A stretch of 63,842 bases of DNA, filler included, from Albugo candida (Eukaryota), in assembly GCA_040437565.1 (NCBI GenBank). It is 19 parts of 19 records of this genome, joined end to end, with 100 filler letters (N's around TTAATTAATTAA, not from the genome) between each part and the next. Parts side by side here need not be neighbours in the genome. Positions count along the whole stretch, not along the records: positions 60,687 to 63,842 come from JBDOQK010000239.1; 18 more parts are not named here. One strand, 5' to 3'. The translations under genes were made by a program, and so were the position numbers. Shown in pieces: positions 60,687-63,842 of the stretch. Every line of letters begins with the position of its first letter. The stretch's first letter is position 1. The notes beneath the pieces are model-generated. The model saw only the letters and a list, made by a program, of their open reading frames with translations, had not been told where the DNA came from and did no database searches.

Positions 60687-60817
60687 TTGGAGTTGCGGTT
60701 AGCGATTACAAAAATAAGCTACGGTTTTGAATATTTTAAATATTTAAGCAGTAAAAACCTTAAAGTTGCGGTTTGCGATTACAGAAAAGTGGCTACGGTT
60801 TAGTCGTGAACAGCTCT
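60687..60817. mobile_element. Probable right terminus of another TIR DNA transposon
   Basis: Two direct copies of AGTTGCGGTTwGCGATTACA..GCTACGGTTT end in GTGAACAGCTCT|AAT. This is the same CTCT|AAT junction as the element ending at 16794. Confidence 0.4.
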
Positions 60818-61961
60818 AATTATAAGTATATTGGGAATTTAGTAGGTTTATTGGCTATATTGAACCAAGCGATAATTATTAGACATATCATGTACATACG
60901 ATAACATGGACATATTAATAGTAATTATATGTGTACGGCATTGCTGCTTTATTCTTCTCGGCTGAAATGAGCTCACAAAGTAAGAAGAGCAAGAGGTGAA
61001 GGAGAGAAAAAGGGTAGCGATATGCTATAGAAGAGCAATGCAATATGATGTGATTTAGGTAGGTAAGTAGATAAAGCAAAAGTAATAAAAGACAAGAAAG
61101 TCGATCAGCACGCAAAATAATCTAATTATCTTTATTCAATTCAAATAAAAGTCTTTCTATTTATATTATTTCTATGCTGAGTTATTAAAGTAAAATCTAT
61201 TGTTCTGTCAGATCTAATATACGGGAGATTCTGGGTATTCTGGGTATTCTGGGTATTGTGGGTTATTGATGATTATTAACCAGTAGGATAAATTCAATGT
61301 GTATTCATGATCTGTGGAAGCCAGGAAAAGGTGTATTATTGGCACACCTTTAATGCACGACACGGTAACTGAATTATAAAGATCTATGTTATTTACGCTA
61401 TACAATTATAAACGTTATCATTTTGAGATATGGCCATAGAATTGAAGTAGATCAAAGTATATTATAAATCACCACTCGGGTACCTCTTTATTAGTCATAC
61501 TAGTTTAGCCGTGGATTAGAGTAGGGAAGTCGGGAAAGTGTGTAATCATTATGAGTATAATGATTGTGATCACAACATAGTAGTCTGAGCATTTTTTAAA
61601 TAAATAGTTGCGCTTTAATTAGCCGGTCAGATTTTAATTAAGAGCGCTTAATATTTAAAGCGTGTTTAAAATATTTAAGCGATTTTGATTCTTATTACAC
61701 ATTCAACAAGTGGTGAAGAATAAAATTTTTTTTACAACTGAATTGTTTAAAAATAAACCCTATAGCTACATACCCACTGTTACTGCTTTCACCGCTTCAG
61801 GTTTTTTTCTTAGAAGAAATACTTTGATTACTGTTGCTGTAACCGACAAAGTTGTTACAATACACAGTTTCGGGTAAAAGTATGATTTTAACAGAATAAA
61901 TCTCGCTTTAGTGGGATGAAGAATAAAGTTCAATCAAGGCTATCGTTATTACAAGTAGTTG

Positions 61962-62088
61962 TATTAAAAAAAGGGCATATTAAAAAAAAAAAGGGCATAT
62001 TAAAAAAAAAAAGGGCATATTAAAAAAAAAAGGGCATATTAAAAAAAAAAGGGGCATATTAAAAAAAAAAGGGCATATTAAAAAAAAA
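61962..62088. repeat. Tandem repeat TATT(A)nGGGCA, about 6.5 copies
   Basis: Directly visible. The unit varies only in A-run and G-run length. Confidence 0.9.
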
Positions 62089-63120
62089 TAGCCCGTGTAT
62101 TTTTTAGCTGACGGTGAAGAATGTTCTTTTCTTTTCTTTTTTCAAGGTCTACTTGGGCTCATTGCTTCTTTGCAATCTTATTCAAACCAAACAAATAACA
62201 AGAATCACTACCCGAAGAAATGTCTTCTCTTTACAATCACTCATTATTAATACCAATCAGATCATTTCAACAAGACAACACACGGGATCTCTTCTTACTA
62301 CGACTGCCATTACCATTGATTATAACTCATTTCAACTAAAAAAAGTTTTCTTTGCTTAAATTCTTTTATGGCATGACAAAAAGAAGCCCACAATAACTCT
62401 TCTAATTCTTTGCAAGCGTCACTTTTACCCATCGCTAATGTAGAAACGACAAATGAGGTAAACATTGTTGAATAGTAACAGGGTTAAGTTCAAGCTACTA
62501 CACTACAGCGTTTAAAGAAAGATACAGCCGGGAAACTTTGGATCTGTCTTGAATAATGTACAACCTATATCAACAAGATTTTATATGACAAGCGCATGCT
62601 ATTTATGTGATTCGCACTATAATCAAATATTTTGATCCTAATAATGTGGTAAAAAATCCAATGATGGGAGATGAATCCAGTAAACAGACTGTAGTAATTT
62701 GTATGTAAATAGGAAGGGAATATAATGATCTGCCACTAATAGATTATTTCCTAGTAGGAATGATGTATACTGTGTGCAACATATACATATAAAAGAGTGA
62801 CAGGAACCACGCAGTAATGCAATGTATTTTATATCGATCAGCAAGCTAGTTATAAGAAAGTAGTAAATCTTTAACACGCGATGATAAGAGAAAGGATAGT
62901 GTCAAAAACTCGGCTGGCTAAATATGTAATATTACTAGAAGAAAAAGGATGCTTGCAAAGAAGAGATATAATTCAGACAGGAGAGATAACAGACAGAAAG
63001 TAATACAATAGTTTAGTTAAAAGAGTAATTTATTGATAAGCTATCAGATAAAGACTGGATAGCAGTGCTACTGATAATGCCTATGCTTATTGCTTAATTA
63101 CGACTGAGGAGGTAGAGCGC

Positions 63121-63348
63121 GGTATCAAGGATAATTTTGGTATCAAGATCAAGGATAATTTTGGTATCAAGATCAAGGATAGTTTTGGTATCAAGATCAA
63201 GGATAGTTTTGGTATCAAGATCAAGGATAGTTTTGGTATCAAGATCAAGGATAATTTTGGTATCAAGATCAAGGATAGTTTTGGTATCAAGATCAAGGAT
63301 AATTTTGGTATCAAGATTAAGGATAGTTTTGGTATCAAAATCAAGGAT
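63121..63348. repeat. 24-bp minisatellite GGTATCAAGATCAAGGATARTTTT, about 9.5 copies
   Basis: Units start at 63139 and every 24 bp to 63331, with a truncated unit at 63121. Confidence 0.95.
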
Positions 63349-63842
63349 CAATGATAAAGTCAGGTCTATAGGTGAAGGGGTTAATATTGCTGTACTAATA
63401 AAAAGACAAGAAAATAAACAAGTGAATAAAGAAATGATTCTTTATTTTTTGAGGAAGAGCTTTCCATAGCAAAATAATTGGAGCCCTTTATACCAAACTA
63501 TACTTTTAGAGAGGTGTTGTAACTATTAGTAATACCAATATAATCCTATATCCGATTTCCGTTATCACACCGGTAAAGGGTGATAGATATAATTATATTA
63601 TAGCTGTTTGATTATAATACGTACTGCCTAGTAATAATACTATAAATCTATAAAGGAGTAATTACATTTGATATATTAGATGAAATATGACATCTTTAAC
63701 CGCTGCATTTAATTAAGAGTACTTAATATTAAAACATCTCTACTTAAGCGATTTTGACTTTTATATACATTCAAGTGGTGAAGGATAAAATTTCTTTTAG
63801 AATTGAATGGTTTAAAACTAGATCCTATAGCTACATCCCCAC

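Larger units (their letters stand above)
61632..63842. repeat. Diverged ~140-bp direct repeat pair (61632-61777 and 63708-63842)
   Basis: Shared blocks TTTAATTAAGAG, TTAAGCGATTTTGA, CAAGTGGTGAAG.ATAAAATTT and CCTATAGCTACAT.CCCAC in the same order. Confidence 0.8.

Noticed and set aside
60826-61222. Possible solo LTR (GTATATT...AATATAC inverted ends, AATAAA inside)
   Set aside because: Lacks TG/CA termini and has no matching target-site duplication.
63087-63469. Three overlapping repetitive ORFs (LILIPKLS, LDLDTKTI, SRSRIVLV)
   Set aside because: By-products of a stop-free 24-bp minisatellite, with no independent coding evidence.
1-63842. A single giant multi-transposase element or gene cluster spanning the window, or fungus-oomycete horizontal transfer
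   Set aside because: Contigs are size-sorted and unlinked. No contig contains a junction between the two sequence classes.

Overview
This window is not one locus. It is 19 unlinked contigs of about 3.2-3.4 kb, sorted by decreasing length and joined by an artificial 100-bp linker (N44-TTAATTAATTAA-N44, stops in all six frames), so nothing can be inferred across linkers. It is eukaryotic, almost entirely transposon-derived, and appears to mix two organisms. (1) AT-rich contigs with short GT-AG introns look like a Mucorales-type fungus. They carry CMC/CACTA (Transposase_21-type) transposases, an intron-rich KDZ transposase, a complete TIR-bounded PIF/Harbinger-type element, a Ty3/Gypsy pol with a detached integrase ORF, an HMG-box-like gene, a PD-(D/E)XK-like gene and several recurring orphan gene families. 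(2) More GC-balanced contigs look oomycete-like and hold decayed Copia, Gypsy and L1-like retroelements plus Cys-patterned ORF remnants. The most interesting signal is a recurring set of uncharacterised accessory genes beside the fungal DNA transposases. One family sits head-to-head with both a CMC and a KDZ transposase, a second sits tail-to-tail with two CMC transposases, and a third occurs both in an intronless three-gene cluster and next to a probable CMC transposase 5' end. Family and taxon calls come from motif recognition by eye, not from database searches.
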